From Verrucomicrobiota bacterium (lineage in GTDB: Bacteria; Verrucomicrobiota; Verrucomicrobiia; Opitutales; Opitutaceae): 64,000 bases of DNA. Of this stretch, positions 1-9,520 are shown in pieces (within the stretch, counting starts at the first letter, position 1; each line of letters opens with the position of its first letter). Where the stretch lies: positions 40,788 through 104,787 of the forward strand of contig JAEZGX010000009.1 in NCBI GenBank assembly GCA_023416735.1, read 5' to 3'. Below the pieces are notes generated by a model that saw only the letters and a program-made list of their open reading frames with translations, searched no databases and was not told the DNA's origin. Position numbers and translations under genes: made by a program.

Positions 1-59
1 ATCCGAATCGTCGGCGACTCGTCAGTTAGTCGCGACTCCCCCTTCACACCCCACACCTC

Positions 60-2456
60 ATGACAACCGATATGCAACGTCGGATTTATTCCACGCTCCC
101 CTATGTTTTCCTGGCTGCAGCGGCCTTGCAGCTGACTGCCGCGACGTTGTCCGCCCAGGCGGCATCGCCCAACGTCGCTCCCGACGACGATTCCGTGGTT
201 ACGCTGTCACCGTTCGAAGTCTCGGGCGAGGCGGTGCGCGGCTACGCCACCACTTCGGCGGCGGCGGCCTCGCGCGTGGCGGTGCCGATTACCGAACTGC
301 CGACCTCCGTGATCGCGATCAACGAAAAGATCATCGAGGACACCGTCGCGATTTCCGCGGCGGACACGTTGAACCTGATCGGCGGCGTTTCGGGAATCTC
401 CGGAACGACCTCGAACGAGCGCAACACGGTGACGGCGCGCGGCTACACGTCGGTCGGCGCACAGCGAGACGGATTCACCGATCTCCTGTTCGGCGAAAAC
501 GGGGGATTCAACTACGCCTTCGTCGAGCGAATCGAGTATGTGAAGGGCCCTAACGGCATTCTCTATGGCGAGCACACTCCCGGTGGCGTGTTGAATTTCG
601 TGAGCAAGAAGCCGCTGACGCATCCAAGCACGAAACTCGGCTTTATGGCGGGGTCCTACGGACTTTATCGCGCGGACCTCGACACCTCCAATCGTCTCGG
701 CAAGGACGGTCGATTCGGCTACCGGCTTGCGGCTTCGTATATGCTCAACGAAGGACCGCTCGGCCATCCGGGGCAGGTATTCGCGGACAAAGGGTTCACG
801 GCGATCAATCCGGTGGTGAGCTACAACTTCGAGAACGGCTTGGAGGTGTGGGCCTGGACGGGATTCATTCGCGACAAGAGTCCGCGCATGAATCGCATCA
901 CGAAAACGTTTCAACTGAACGGCGACGGCGTGGCGCATGCGCACCCGGACGTAATGGATAGCGGATACGCCCACAACCTGGTCACGAGCCAGGCTCAGGT
1001 TTACACCGACAACTATGAGCTGGGGGCGACGAAGAGCTTCGAAGTTGGGGCCGTTCGCCTCGACGTGCGGTTGCTCGGCCGCCACATCAAGCAATACGAT
1101 TCGGGCGCGCTGGTGACCACGACGGGGTCCGACACCTTCCTGGACAAGAATGGCAACATCATCGGGACGGACGCCCGCACGATCGACTTCTCGCTCGTGC
1201 GCGACAACCTTGGCGCGTTTTACCGGCCGGGACTACAGACGACGGGCACCGACATCACGACGGAGAGCTCCACCTACGCGGCGGATTTTGCGTTCTCCTT
1301 CGATCTTGGGCCGACGCAGCACAAGCTGCTGCTCTTTGCGGTGCGCAACGAGTTGGACCGGCTCTCCTCGCCGGGCATTGACGGACGCGTCTATGCAATC
1401 TCGGGGGCCGCGGGCATCCCGGTGCTGGAGAAGCTCGGCGCCGAGGTGGTCAACAACGTCGCACGAGTGATGCTCTATCCGTCCACCAAGCTGGTGTTCG
1501 GGGGAATCTCACCGGAGACAGTCGTGGCGAACGCAACGACCTTCACCGTGCAAAACGTGACCCATACGGACAGCACTCAGGACGCCTACGGCTTCCTCGA
1601 ACGCATGTCTTTCCTCGACAACCGCATCTTCCTGGTCGGCGGCGCGCGTCACACGCGCAACGATGCCGCGGTGGTGGTGAACAACGGGGCCGCGAGCAAG
1701 ACGACCGATTCGTCATGGACCTCTGGATACGGGGCCTTGGGCAAGGTTTACAAAGGAGAGAAGGGCGAAGTGGCGCTGTTTTACAACGCCAACGAGACCT
1801 TTGTCCCGGTCTTCACGCTTGATCAGCGGCTGGCGACGTTCGGCCAAAAGTTCCCGAACCGCACCATCTCGATCAAGGAGTTTGGCGCCAAGTTCGACGT
1901 GCTCGACAGCCGGCTGGTGGCGACGGCGTCGATTTTCGACATCGAGGAGGACAACGTGCTTATCTCGCTGATCGACGAGGACGGCTCGGTCACCGGCGTG
2001 GTCGATCGCGGCTACTCGGTGCCGGTGGGCACGCGCACATCGAAAGGCTGGGAGATTGACCTCGCTTACAACGTCATGCCCGGACTCGACACGATGATTT
2101 CCTACGGTCGCGTGGATGCGAAACTGGAAAACGGCATGAGGCCGCAGGCGACGGCGGAAGCCACCGCCTCGGCTCTCGCTCGGTATGAAGTGCAGCACGG
2201 CAAACTGAGAGGGCTGTCGTTCCTCTGGCAATACACCTGGTGGGGCGAGAGCATCCTCAGCACGCGCACGAGCTGGATCGTGCCTCCCGGCGACCTGCAC
2301 ACGGCCGTCATCGGATATCGTTGGAAGAACATGAACTTCCGCCTGCGGGTGGAGAACGTTTTCGACGATCTTAGCCTGAAGCCCAGCGTGAACGAGACCG
2401 CGGTCGGTGTGACGAATCACCGCAATTACCGCTTCTCGGTCGACTATCGCTTCTAA
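60..2456 (+). CDS. TonB-dependent outer-membrane receptor
   Basis: 798-aa ORF with an ATG start and an N-terminal signal peptide (..ATLSAQA). Plug-type motifs are present (TLSPFEVSGE, VKGPNGILYGE). The body is long and Gly/Tyr/Asn/Thr-rich like a beta-barrel, and it ends in the aromatic terminus ..YRF typical of TBDRs. Confidence 0.85.
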   Translation: MTTDMQRRIYSTLPYVFLAAAALQLTAATLSAQAASPNVAPDDDSVVTLSPFEVSGEAVRGYATTSAAAASRVAVPITELPTSVIAINEKIIEDTVAISAADTLNLIGGVSGISGTTSNERNTVTARGYTSVGAQRDGFTDLLFGENGGFNYAFVERIEYVKGPNGILYGEHTPGGVLNFVSKKPLTHPSTKLGFMAGSYGLYRADLDTSNRLGKDGRFGYRLAASYMLNEGPLGHPGQVFADKGFTAINPVVSYNFENGLEVWAWTGFIRDKSPRMNRITKTFQLNGDGVAHAHPDVMDSGYAHNLVTSQAQVYTDNYELGATKSFEVGAVRLDVRLLGRHIKQYDSGALVTTTGSDTFLDKNGNIIGTDARTIDFSLVRDNLGAFYRPGLQTTGTDITTESSTYAADFAFSFDLGPTQHKLLLFAVRNELDRLSSPGIDGRVYAISGAAGIPVLEKLGAEVVNNVARVMLYPSTKLVFGGISPETVVANATTFTVQNVTHTDSTQDAYGFLERMSFLDNRIFLVGGARHTRNDAAVVVNNGAASKTTDSSWTSGYGALGKVYKGEKGEVALFYNANETFVPVFTLDQRLATFGQKFPNRTISIKEFGAKFDVLDSRLVATASIFDIEEDNVLISLIDEDGSVTGVVDRGYSVPVGTRTSKGWEIDLAYNVMPGLDTMISYGRVDAKLENGMRPQATAEATASALARYEVQHGKLRGLSFLWQYTWWGESILSTRTSWIVPPGDLHTAVIGYRWKNMNFRLRVENVFDDLSLKPSVNETAVGVTNHRNYRFSVDYRF

Positions 2457-2467
2457 ACCCCGTGCCC

Positions 2468-3967
2468 ATGCCAACGCGCCTCATCTTCCGCTGGACCAAC
2501 TCGGTGATTGTGGCCGCCTCGCTGCTTGCGGCGGCGTCGGCTGCAACACCCGCGCCGCGTCACCTGTTTCTGGATCCGACGATTCTCACCGAAACGCACC
2601 AGGCGGCGCTCACGGTCAATCCGGCATCTCGTCGGGAAACGGTAATCGTCGTCGACCGGCCTTGGGAGCAGCACCTGATTTCGTTTTTTCTCACGGTGCG
2701 GGAGGAGCAAGGAAAGCTGCGGATGTGGTATGTTTGTCGCGATGGCTACGGCACGCCGGGCAGTGAGGCGAATCTTGCCTATGCTGAATCCACGGACGGG
2801 ATACATTGGGTGAAGCCGGAGCTGGGGCTTTACGAATATCAGGGCTCGAAAGCGAACAACCTGCTCGGCTTGCACAGCCTGGAGGGCGCCGTGTTCCAGG
2901 ATCCGAATCAACCGCCCGAGGAGCGCTATACCTATGTATCCACGGGCAAGCCCAACAGCAGCTCCAAGTCGGAATTGGGCGCCACGGCGTTGTATCGCTA
3001 CTATTCGCCAGACGGCCTGCGGTGGAAACGCGATGAACGCCCGCTGATCGAAGGCGGAAGCGACACGCAAAATGTCATCTGGTGGGACGAACACCGAAAC
3101 GAATACGTGATGATTGTGCGCGGCTGGAACATCGATCCGAAGCGTCGGAAAGTGAGTCGCCTCAGTCTTTCCACGCTGAAGGAGACCGCCTTGGTCAAGC
3201 CGGCCGGCACAGGCTTCCGCAATTATTTCCACCACGAAATCCCGACGATTCTGATCTGCGATGAACAGGACCCCAGCCGCACCGACATTTATAACATGTC
3301 GGCGCAGCCATATGTGTTGGACACGCGCTGGTATGTTGGATTCCCGACGTTTCTCCGGCGCTCGGCCGAGACCGACGCCCCGGGCTGGCGCGGGCGCCAT
3401 ATGGGGCCCGCGGAGGTGCAGTTCGTCGGCAGCACGGACACGATAAAATGGCACCGCTACGATCGCCGAGCCTATGCCGCACCGAGCATCGCTTCGTCCG
3501 CGAAGAAGAACATGACCTTCATGGGAGTGGGAATGGTCGTGCGCGGCGAGGAGATCTGGCAATACGGCACCGAGTTCGAGACGGTTCACGGCGATGTCGA
3601 AGCGCGGCAGAAAAAGCCGGATGGCAGCATCGTTCGTTACGTGCAGCGAGTGGACGGCTTTGTATCGCTCGATACCGGAAACGAGGAAGGGACGGCCCGC
3701 ACCCGTCCGGTGAGGATCTCCGGAAAGAATCTTATCCTGAATCTGGATACAGGCGCACTCGGCGAGATGCGCGTCGGATTGATCGATGCTCAAGGCCGCT
3801 CCGTTCCCGGTTTCTCGGCGGAGGATTGCGTGCCGCTCGAATTCAACGGCACGTCGGCGTCCGTGACCTGGAGCAACGGCGGGGATCTCTCCGCGCTGAT
3901 GGGACGGCATGTGACGTTGGAATTTCGCTCGAATCGCACGAAGTTGTATTCCTTCCGATTCGAGTGA
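2468..3967 (+). CDS. secreted Asp-box beta-propeller protein (glycoside-hydrolase-like, family not assignable by eye)
   Basis: The ORF follows the receptor gene after 11 nt, and I prefer the ATG at 2468 over the GTG at 2462. It has a signal-peptide-like N-terminus. Asp-box-like repeats are visible (ESTDGIHW, YSPDGLRW, GSTDTIKW). Confidence 0.55.
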   Translation: MPTRLIFRWTNSVIVAASLLAAASAATPAPRHLFLDPTILTETHQAALTVNPASRRETVIVVDRPWEQHLISFFLTVREEQGKLRMWYVCRDGYGTPGSEANLAYAESTDGIHWVKPELGLYEYQGSKANNLLGLHSLEGAVFQDPNQPPEERYTYVSTGKPNSSSKSELGATALYRYYSPDGLRWKRDERPLIEGGSDTQNVIWWDEHRNEYVMIVRGWNIDPKRRKVSRLSLSTLKETALVKPAGTGFRNYFHHEIPTILICDEQDPSRTDIYNMSAQPYVLDTRWYVGFPTFLRRSAETDAPGWRGRHMGPAEVQFVGSTDTIKWHRYDRRAYAAPSIASSAKKNMTFMGVGMVVRGEEIWQYGTEFETVHGDVEARQKKPDGSIVRYVQRVDGFVSLDTGNEEGTARTRPVRISGKNLILNLDTGALGEMRVGLIDAQGRSVPGFSAEDCVPLEFNGTSASVTWSNGGDLSALMGRHVTLEFRSNRTKLYSFRFE

Positions 3968-4379
3968 CGCCGCCCGCGAGCAGGGTGATCTCCGTCCACG
4001 ATCGCTTCGCGGTTCGATCCTCGATCGAGCCGGAGCCAAGAGAGTAAATCGCGGGCGGAGGTTAACCTTATCAAAAGCCGGTGGTGCAGAGCCCTGAGAG
4101 GCATTCCGGTATTCCGAAGTCGGATACGCTGCGGGAGCGAAGCGGTGAGGCCGATGGGTCGGACCGAACCGGCGAGAGATCGGAGCCTCCCGTGGTGGCT
4201 TGCGCGCAAGCGGGTGGGGCGGTTCGGCGCAAGCGAAGCGAAGGACGCTAAAGCCAGACTTCCCACCCACCTTTATCCGGCTTTCGGATGCGTTGAGCTA
4301 GAACATCGACCGAGCACTGACTGCGTGAGACGCGCCGCGCCGTTATACGGGCTACCGAACGTCTCTCGCGGCGGACGGT

Positions 4380-5477
4380 TCAGTATTCGAACTCCGTCAC
4401 CCAGATCGCGCAATTGCCGCGTGGGCGCCCGTGATAGTAGAAGAGCAACCAGCGTTTCTCCCCGAGGTGGACGAGCCACGGGTAGCCGAAGTCGGTATTG
4501 GGATCGCCTTCGATCTTCGGCAATGTGACGAGCGTGCGCAGCGGTTGGAACGCGAGGGTCTTCGGATCGCCCTGCCAGAGGGTGCCGACGGAAGGCAGCG
4601 GACGCTCGATCGTGGCGGCCAGGATCTTGGTGGGATCGCGCGGATCGACCATCGCGAACGGATGCGTGATCAGGGTGGAATGCGCGCTGCGTGGAGTGAG
4701 GTTGGAGAGCTCGGTTCGCCACGTTTCGCCAAAGTCGTCGGAGACGGAGATGTATTGACGCACGGTCGCAGGACCGCGCCCGCGAATGAACACCAGCAGC
4801 CGATCTTCGTGGCGGACAATGACGGGCTCGCCGGCGTTGACGTTGCTGACGAGGGCGGGTTCGCCCCAGGTAAGGCCGTCGTCTTCCGAAATCGAACGCC
4901 AGATCCCACGGGTATAAGGGCGTGAGCCTTCGCGGTAGTGTCCGACGGCGATCAGGCGTTTTCCGGGAAGTTGCTCGATCGTGCCGGTCGAGGATCCGGT
5001 TTGGTTGGGACCAAGTGCGGAGGTGTCGACCGGGTTCCAAGTGCGGCCACTGTCGGTGGAACGCCAGCCAAAGATATGGCTGCTGTTTTTCGTGTGGCCG
5101 TGGGCGAGGAGGATCACCGCTCCATCGTGAGCGAGGCCGATGGCCATGTTGCCGCTGTTGGTATATTCCATGCCCGGACCGAACTCGCGAAGGATGTTGG
5201 GCGCGGAGAAAGTTTTACCGTCGTCAGTTGAAATCGAGACCGCAGGACTGCTGTGGTCGCCGTGATGGGTGCCGATTTGATAGCCAAGCACGATGGTGCC
5301 ATCGGCAGTGCGCACGGCTTTCGGCCAGGCGAGATGTTGGAACCGCGGATTGTCGGTCGGACCAACCGCGATGCGGACGGAAGTGCCATCGGGAGTCGTG
5401 CCCGCCCACGCGAAATTCTCAGCGGCGCAAAGTGTCAGGCTCGGGATCAGCAACAGGAGAATGAGAAACGTCTTCAT
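4380..5477 (-). CDS. BNR/Asp-box repeat exo-alpha-sialidase-like protein
   Basis: 365 aa with a signal peptide (MKTFLILLLLIPSLTLCAA). Four clear Asp boxes are present: STDDGKTF, STDSGRTW, SEDDGLTW, SDDFGETW. Confidence 0.75.
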   Translation of the reverse strand: MKTFLILLLLIPSLTLCAAENFAWAGTTPDGTSVRIAVGPTDNPRFQHLAWPKAVRTADGTIVLGYQIGTHHGDHSSPAVSISTDDGKTFSAPNILREFGPGMEYTNSGNMAIGLAHDGAVILLAHGHTKNSSHIFGWRSTDSGRTWNPVDTSALGPNQTGSSTGTIEQLPGKRLIAVGHYREGSRPYTRGIWRSISEDDGLTWGEPALVSNVNAGEPVIVRHEDRLLVFIRGRGPATVRQYISVSDDFGETWRTELSNLTPRSAHSTLITHPFAMVDPRDPTKILAATIERPLPSVGTLWQGDPKTLAFQPLRTLVTLPKIEGDPNTDFGYPWLVHLGEKRWLLFYYHGRPRGNCAIWVTEFEY

Positions 5478-5538
5478 GATTTAAACCCGGTGAGTGCTCA
5501 CGGCGGATTTAGCCGGAGCGTTTAAAGGCCGCGGGATG

Positions 5539-7035
5539 TTACTTCCGCTCCACCCAAGCGCCGGCGGCCGCGGATGCGGTGTCGCGATCGCCGGTGGTAG
5601 GCGGCTCGTCAAAGGGGAGCTGTCCGACTTCCTCGATGGCGCGCAGATTAGGTTCTTCCAAGGTGCGGCCGAATTCGGCGCCCTGTTGGGCGAGCGTGTC
5701 CTGCAGGGCGGCGATAGAAACATCGCGCACGCTGCGGCCCTGTTTGATGGCGAGCGCCGCGGCGGTGCCGGCGGCCTGGCCTTGGCCCATGCAGATGGGA
5801 ATGACGCGAGTGGACGCAATGGCCTCGTGCGTCGCCGAGATGCATTTGCCGACCATCATGAGCCCGTCGACGTCGCGTGCGATCAAGCTGCGCAGCGGGA
5901 TAGTGTAGGCTCGAACATTGTGCGAGTCGACCCAAGTGCCGGCGGGACGATGGATGTCGATGTGATAGCCGCCCATGCTCACGGCGTCGTCGAAGACACA
6001 GCCCGCTACGAGGTCTTCGGCGGTGAGGACGTAGTCGCCGATGATGCGACGGGATTCGCGGACGCCCAGCATCGGAGCAATTTCCAGCAGCCGCGAGGTT
6101 TCGAATCCCGGCACGTATTTCTTAAAAAAGTTAACGAGGATCGGGATCTGCTCGTAAACGCGCGCATAGGCGTCGGTGAGGCTGGCGGTGTCGGTCGGAT
6201 CGAGGCCAAGCACACGCGTCATCACGACGGTGAATTCGTCGGGCTGGTGATTCTTCACCCCGACAATGCGGGTCTGGGGGACATCGAAGTCGCCGGCGGC
6301 ACGAGCTTTCTCAATCAGAGCGGCGTAACCGCCGCAGATGATGACGTTCATCCGATTGATGCGACGCATCATTTTGTCCCAGAGTTCCGGATATGGGACG
6401 AGCCATTCGCGATATTTGTTGGCGGGATTCTTGCAGCCCGCGATGAAGGCGAGCCGGTCAACGCCGCCGAGCTTGAAAACGAGCGTGGGCGCCTGGACGA
6501 GTCCGTCGGCGGTGCGGCCCTTTTCCCAGGCGACTCCGGCGCGCGCAGCGACATCGCCGTCGCCACTGCCGTCGATGACCACCGAAGCTTCGATGCGTTG
6601 ACGACCGGATTTGTTTTCGACGATCACGCCCACGACGCGGTCGCCTTCACGGATGGTTTCGACGACCTGCGAATGCAGCAACAGGCGCACGCGGGCTTCT
6701 CGAACAAGCTGCATGGCGACGATTTTCCACCAGTGGGAATTCACGCTGATGGCGGACCCGCACTTCGGGTCGAACTCGAGCTCGCTGGCGGCGTTGAGCG
6801 ATTGAAGGCGGCGGCAAAATTCGAGCGGCAGTCCCTTGATCAGGAGACGATAGTCGCGGTCGTGAAAGCCCAGCCACGGCAGGGTGGCGGAAATGCCGCC
6901 GAGGAATCCGGCGTTTTCGACGAGCAATGTATCCGCTCCGTTGCGACCGGCGGCGATCGCGGCGGTGAGGCCGCCGGCGCCGGAGCCGACGACGAGGACT
7001 TGAGTGCGGATGGTTTGAGACGGTGAAAGACTCAT
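5539..7035 (-). CDS. FAD-dependent oxidoreductase (FAD_oxidored/PF12831-like)
   Basis: The N-terminus carries a dinucleotide-binding motif, VLVVGSGAGGLTAAIAAGRNGADTLLVE. There is no signal peptide. The opposite-strand 510-aa ORF is an Ala/Gly/Asp/Arg-rich shadow ORF. Confidence 0.8.
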   Translation of the reverse strand: MSLSPSQTIRTQVLVVGSGAGGLTAAIAAGRNGADTLLVENAGFLGGISATLPWLGFHDRDYRLLIKGLPLEFCRRLQSLNAASELEFDPKCGSAISVNSHWWKIVAMQLVREARVRLLLHSQVVETIREGDRVVGVIVENKSGRQRIEASVVIDGSGDGDVAARAGVAWEKGRTADGLVQAPTLVFKLGGVDRLAFIAGCKNPANKYREWLVPYPELWDKMMRRINRMNVIICGGYAALIEKARAAGDFDVPQTRIVGVKNHQPDEFTVVMTRVLGLDPTDTASLTDAYARVYEQIPILVNFFKKYVPGFETSRLLEIAPMLGVRESRRIIGDYVLTAEDLVAGCVFDDAVSMGGYHIDIHRPAGTWVDSHNVRAYTIPLRSLIARDVDGLMMVGKCISATHEAIASTRVIPICMGQGQAAGTAAALAIKQGRSVRDVSIAALQDTLAQQGAEFGRTLEEPNLRAIEEVGQLPFDEPPTTGDRDTASAAAGAWVERK

Positions 7036-7102
7036 GAACGGGCGGTCGGGGCGGAAGGCGATGTGCTCGGGAGCGCGGCGAGTTGTGCGAAAAGGACCGG
7101 CG

Positions 7103-8902
7103 TCAGAGTCGGGAGGCTTCGCCGAAGTAGAACGTATCGGCGTCCTTCAACTCGAGATTGTGGTGGCTGTAGTAGGAGCGCGACGTGTCCATCCGCGGCC
7201 AGTCGAGTTCTACGCCCTGGCGAACAAGTTCGCGTTGGAAGTCTCCCAAGTGTTTCGCGTCGTTGCGCACTTGCCGGGGACGGAGCTGGCGCTTCACGCA
7301 ATAGGCGGCCAGCGCGCCGGCGGCTTCGCCGATGTTCCACTCGGTCGGATGAACGCGGAACGCGCCGTTGGTGACGTGCGTGACGCCCAGATTTTTGCAG
7401 GCGGGGAGGAGGTTCTCGACACGGACGGGGATAAGCGCGCCGAGCGGAATCTGCTGCAGCCAATGCTTGCCGTGCATGACCTCGGTGATGCTCGGTTTGC
7501 CCGGGGCCGTGGGCTTGTGAATGTCGATCCGGTAGCCACTCAGGCCGACGCTGTCGTGATATTTGACCGGGCCGTTTTTGGTCTCGGGAAGATCGGTGCG
7601 GAAATGTTGCTCGAGAACGGTGAACTCGGCGCGGATGCGGCGGGATTCGCGAATGTAGGGCATTTGCGCGAGACCGTCGTCAGTGCCGAAGAAATCTCCG
7701 CGCGGGCGAAGTCCAGGATATCCCTGTCCGCCCGTGGCGGGGTTGGGCGCTTCGGTTTGGAGCCAGTAAATCGTGCTCAGACTCAACTGGCGCGCGGCCT
7801 CGAGGTGTTTACGGCGCTCTTCGGGGGAAACGCCGCAGAGGACGCCGAGATGATATTCGTTGATTGGCCAGATGGCGACGGTGACATCGCTGGGGAAAGC
7901 GCCGGGCACGAAGTTGTCCTTGCAGAGCATGCGCCGAAAACTCCAGGTGCTGGCGACATAGCGGTCGGGCTTCACCGGCCGGCGCATGTGGTCGTGTTTC
8001 GCGCCGAAGAGATCGGGCAAGGTGAACTTGGGGAAATCGCCGCGGTGACTCTTTTGCCGCTTCCAGAAATCGTAGTCGCGCGGCTTGTCGATGATGTGCT
8101 CCTCACCGGGGAAGTGATCGAGGGCGAAGACGTGGGTAAACACCATCTGCTCGTGCGGCTCGGCGGGGCCGTCGACGGCGAGTGGTTCGCCGGTTTCGCT
8201 TCGGGATTCGGCGCCGATCACGGATTCGATTTTCCCCAATTCGAGAAGATCGCCGAGCTCGGTGGCATCGATGATGTAGGGGCCGCTGAGGACGCGTTCG
8301 GCGTTGTTGAGTTCGTCGTGGAGCGTGACCGCGCGGGCATGATCTCCCTCCATGGCGACGGACAACGGACGGTGCTGCGTAAGAATGACAACGCGACCTG
8401 AGGAAAGATAAGGCGCGAGCATCTCCTGGAGGACGGCGAGCCCGACGCGCGGCTCGAAGCACAGCTTGCTCACCCAGCCGGCCCCGGGGTTGAGATTGCG
8501 GTCGGCGCGGGCCGCGGCGGAGAGCGGATAGTGGCGGCGGTAATACGCGCGCACGCCGTCGCGAAAATCGGCGTAGCTTTGGGTGCGGCCGTAGCGCTCG
8601 CTCCACGGATGCTCGTCCAACGGGATGCCTTGGGTGGTTGCCTGGCCGCCGATCCAACGGGTTTCTTCGGTGAGAATGACCGAACATCCCATCCGGGCGG
8701 CGGCTAGAGCGGCGGCGACTCCGCCGAGCGAGCCACCGATGATGACGACATCGGCTTTCATTTCGCGGTTGGCCACGCGGCGCGAGGACGCGTTGGGGGA
8801 GGACGCTTTAAGGGGCGGCGTCAGCGCGGCAGCGGCGGAGGCGGCGGCGAGTCCCTGGAGAAAACGGCGACGGCTGATGTAAGGGGCGGCGGGGTGTGAC
8901 AT
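7103..8902 (-). CDS. Tat-exported FAD-dependent oxidoreductase (PF12831-like)
   Basis: A twin-arginine signal (SRRRFLQGLAAASAAAA) is followed by the dinucleotide-binding motif VVIIGGSLGGVAAALAAARMGCSVILTE. Confidence 0.8.
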   Translation of the reverse strand: MSHPAAPYISRRRFLQGLAAASAAAALTPPLKASSPNASSRRVANREMKADVVIIGGSLGGVAAALAAARMGCSVILTEETRWIGGQATTQGIPLDEHPWSERYGRTQSYADFRDGVRAYYRRHYPLSAAARADRNLNPGAGWVSKLCFEPRVGLAVLQEMLAPYLSSGRVVILTQHRPLSVAMEGDHARAVTLHDELNNAERVLSGPYIIDATELGDLLELGKIESVIGAESRSETGEPLAVDGPAEPHEQMVFTHVFALDHFPGEEHIIDKPRDYDFWKRQKSHRGDFPKFTLPDLFGAKHDHMRRPVKPDRYVASTWSFRRMLCKDNFVPGAFPSDVTVAIWPINEYHLGVLCGVSPEERRKHLEAARQLSLSTIYWLQTEAPNPATGGQGYPGLRPRGDFFGTDDGLAQMPYIRESRRIRAEFTVLEQHFRTDLPETKNGPVKYHDSVGLSGYRIDIHKPTAPGKPSITEVMHGKHWLQQIPLGALIPVRVENLLPACKNLGVTHVTNGAFRVHPTEWNIGEAAGALAAYCVKRQLRPRQVRNDAKHLGDFQRELVRQGVELDWPRMDTSRSYYSHHNLELKDADTFYFGEASRL

Positions 8903-9006
8903 CGCGAAAGCGGTTGTTGCAAGAAGGGTGAATGGACGGTCGGAGAATTCGAGCGAGCAGTCTTGGTTCCTCGATTGAACCAGTCGGGAGCTGCGCGGCG
9001 ATGGAG

Positions 9007-9462
9007 CTAGAGTCGCACTTTGACGACGACTTTCCTGACGAACGACGGCCTGCCGGCGAAGCAGCCGGGCTTGTGGGCATCGCGCGGCAGAAAAATCGCG
9101 AAGGCACCTGGTGAAAGGACAAGAGACGAGGCCATGGTGGGCGGATCGCGGTGCAGAGTGAAATCGTTTCGCGGATCGTAGTCCGAGAGCACGTCCAGAG
9201 TTTCGGCGGAAGCGTAGTGGATAATTTCGACGCCGGCGGCGAGGAACTGAATGTCCGCATAGAGCCGGTGGGATTCGTAGCTCTTATCCGAAGCGGAAAG
9301 GGTGGTGTAGCTTTGGACGAGAGCGTAAACCCGGTCGCCATCGATGTCGTAGCGGCCGTCGGAGTGGTCGTTGGAAAAGGTCGCCAGCCAATGGAGGCCG
9401 GGCGCAAACCGCGGCCCGATGGCGTGATAGTCGGAGGCGTGGGCGATTAAGTCCAGAATCAC
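9007..9462 (-). CDS. YhcH/YjgK/YiaL (DUF386) family protein
   Basis: 151 aa with a GTG start. The C-terminus LSPGAFAIFLPRDAHKPGCFAGRPSFVRKVVVKVRL aligns by eye with E. coli YhcH ([35 protein letters not shown]). Confidence 0.9.
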   Translation of the reverse strand: MILDLIAHASDYHAIGPRFAPGLHWLATFSNDHSDGRYDIDGDRVYALVQSYTTLSASDKSYESHRLYADIQFLAAGVEIIHYASAETLDVLSDYDPRNDFTLHRDPPTMASSLVLSPGAFAIFLPRDAHKPGCFAGRPSFVRKVVVKVRL

Positions 9463-9520
9463 GGGAAAGGGAGGATGAAACGCGGCCGCGCCGCAGCCGG
9501 CCTTTGTATCCAGATCAGCC

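Noticed and set aside
2453-4270. 605-aa minus-strand ORF
   Set aside because: It is antisense to the Asp-box propeller gene and runs into the spacer. It is very Arg/Pro-rich with no motif.
5494-8401. Plus-strand ORFs of 510 aa (5494..7026) and 455 aa (7034..8401)
   Set aside because: They are antisense to the two FAD oxidoreductase genes, which carry clear GxGxxG and Tat motifs. The plus-strand products are low-complexity Ala/Gly/Asp/Arg sequences.
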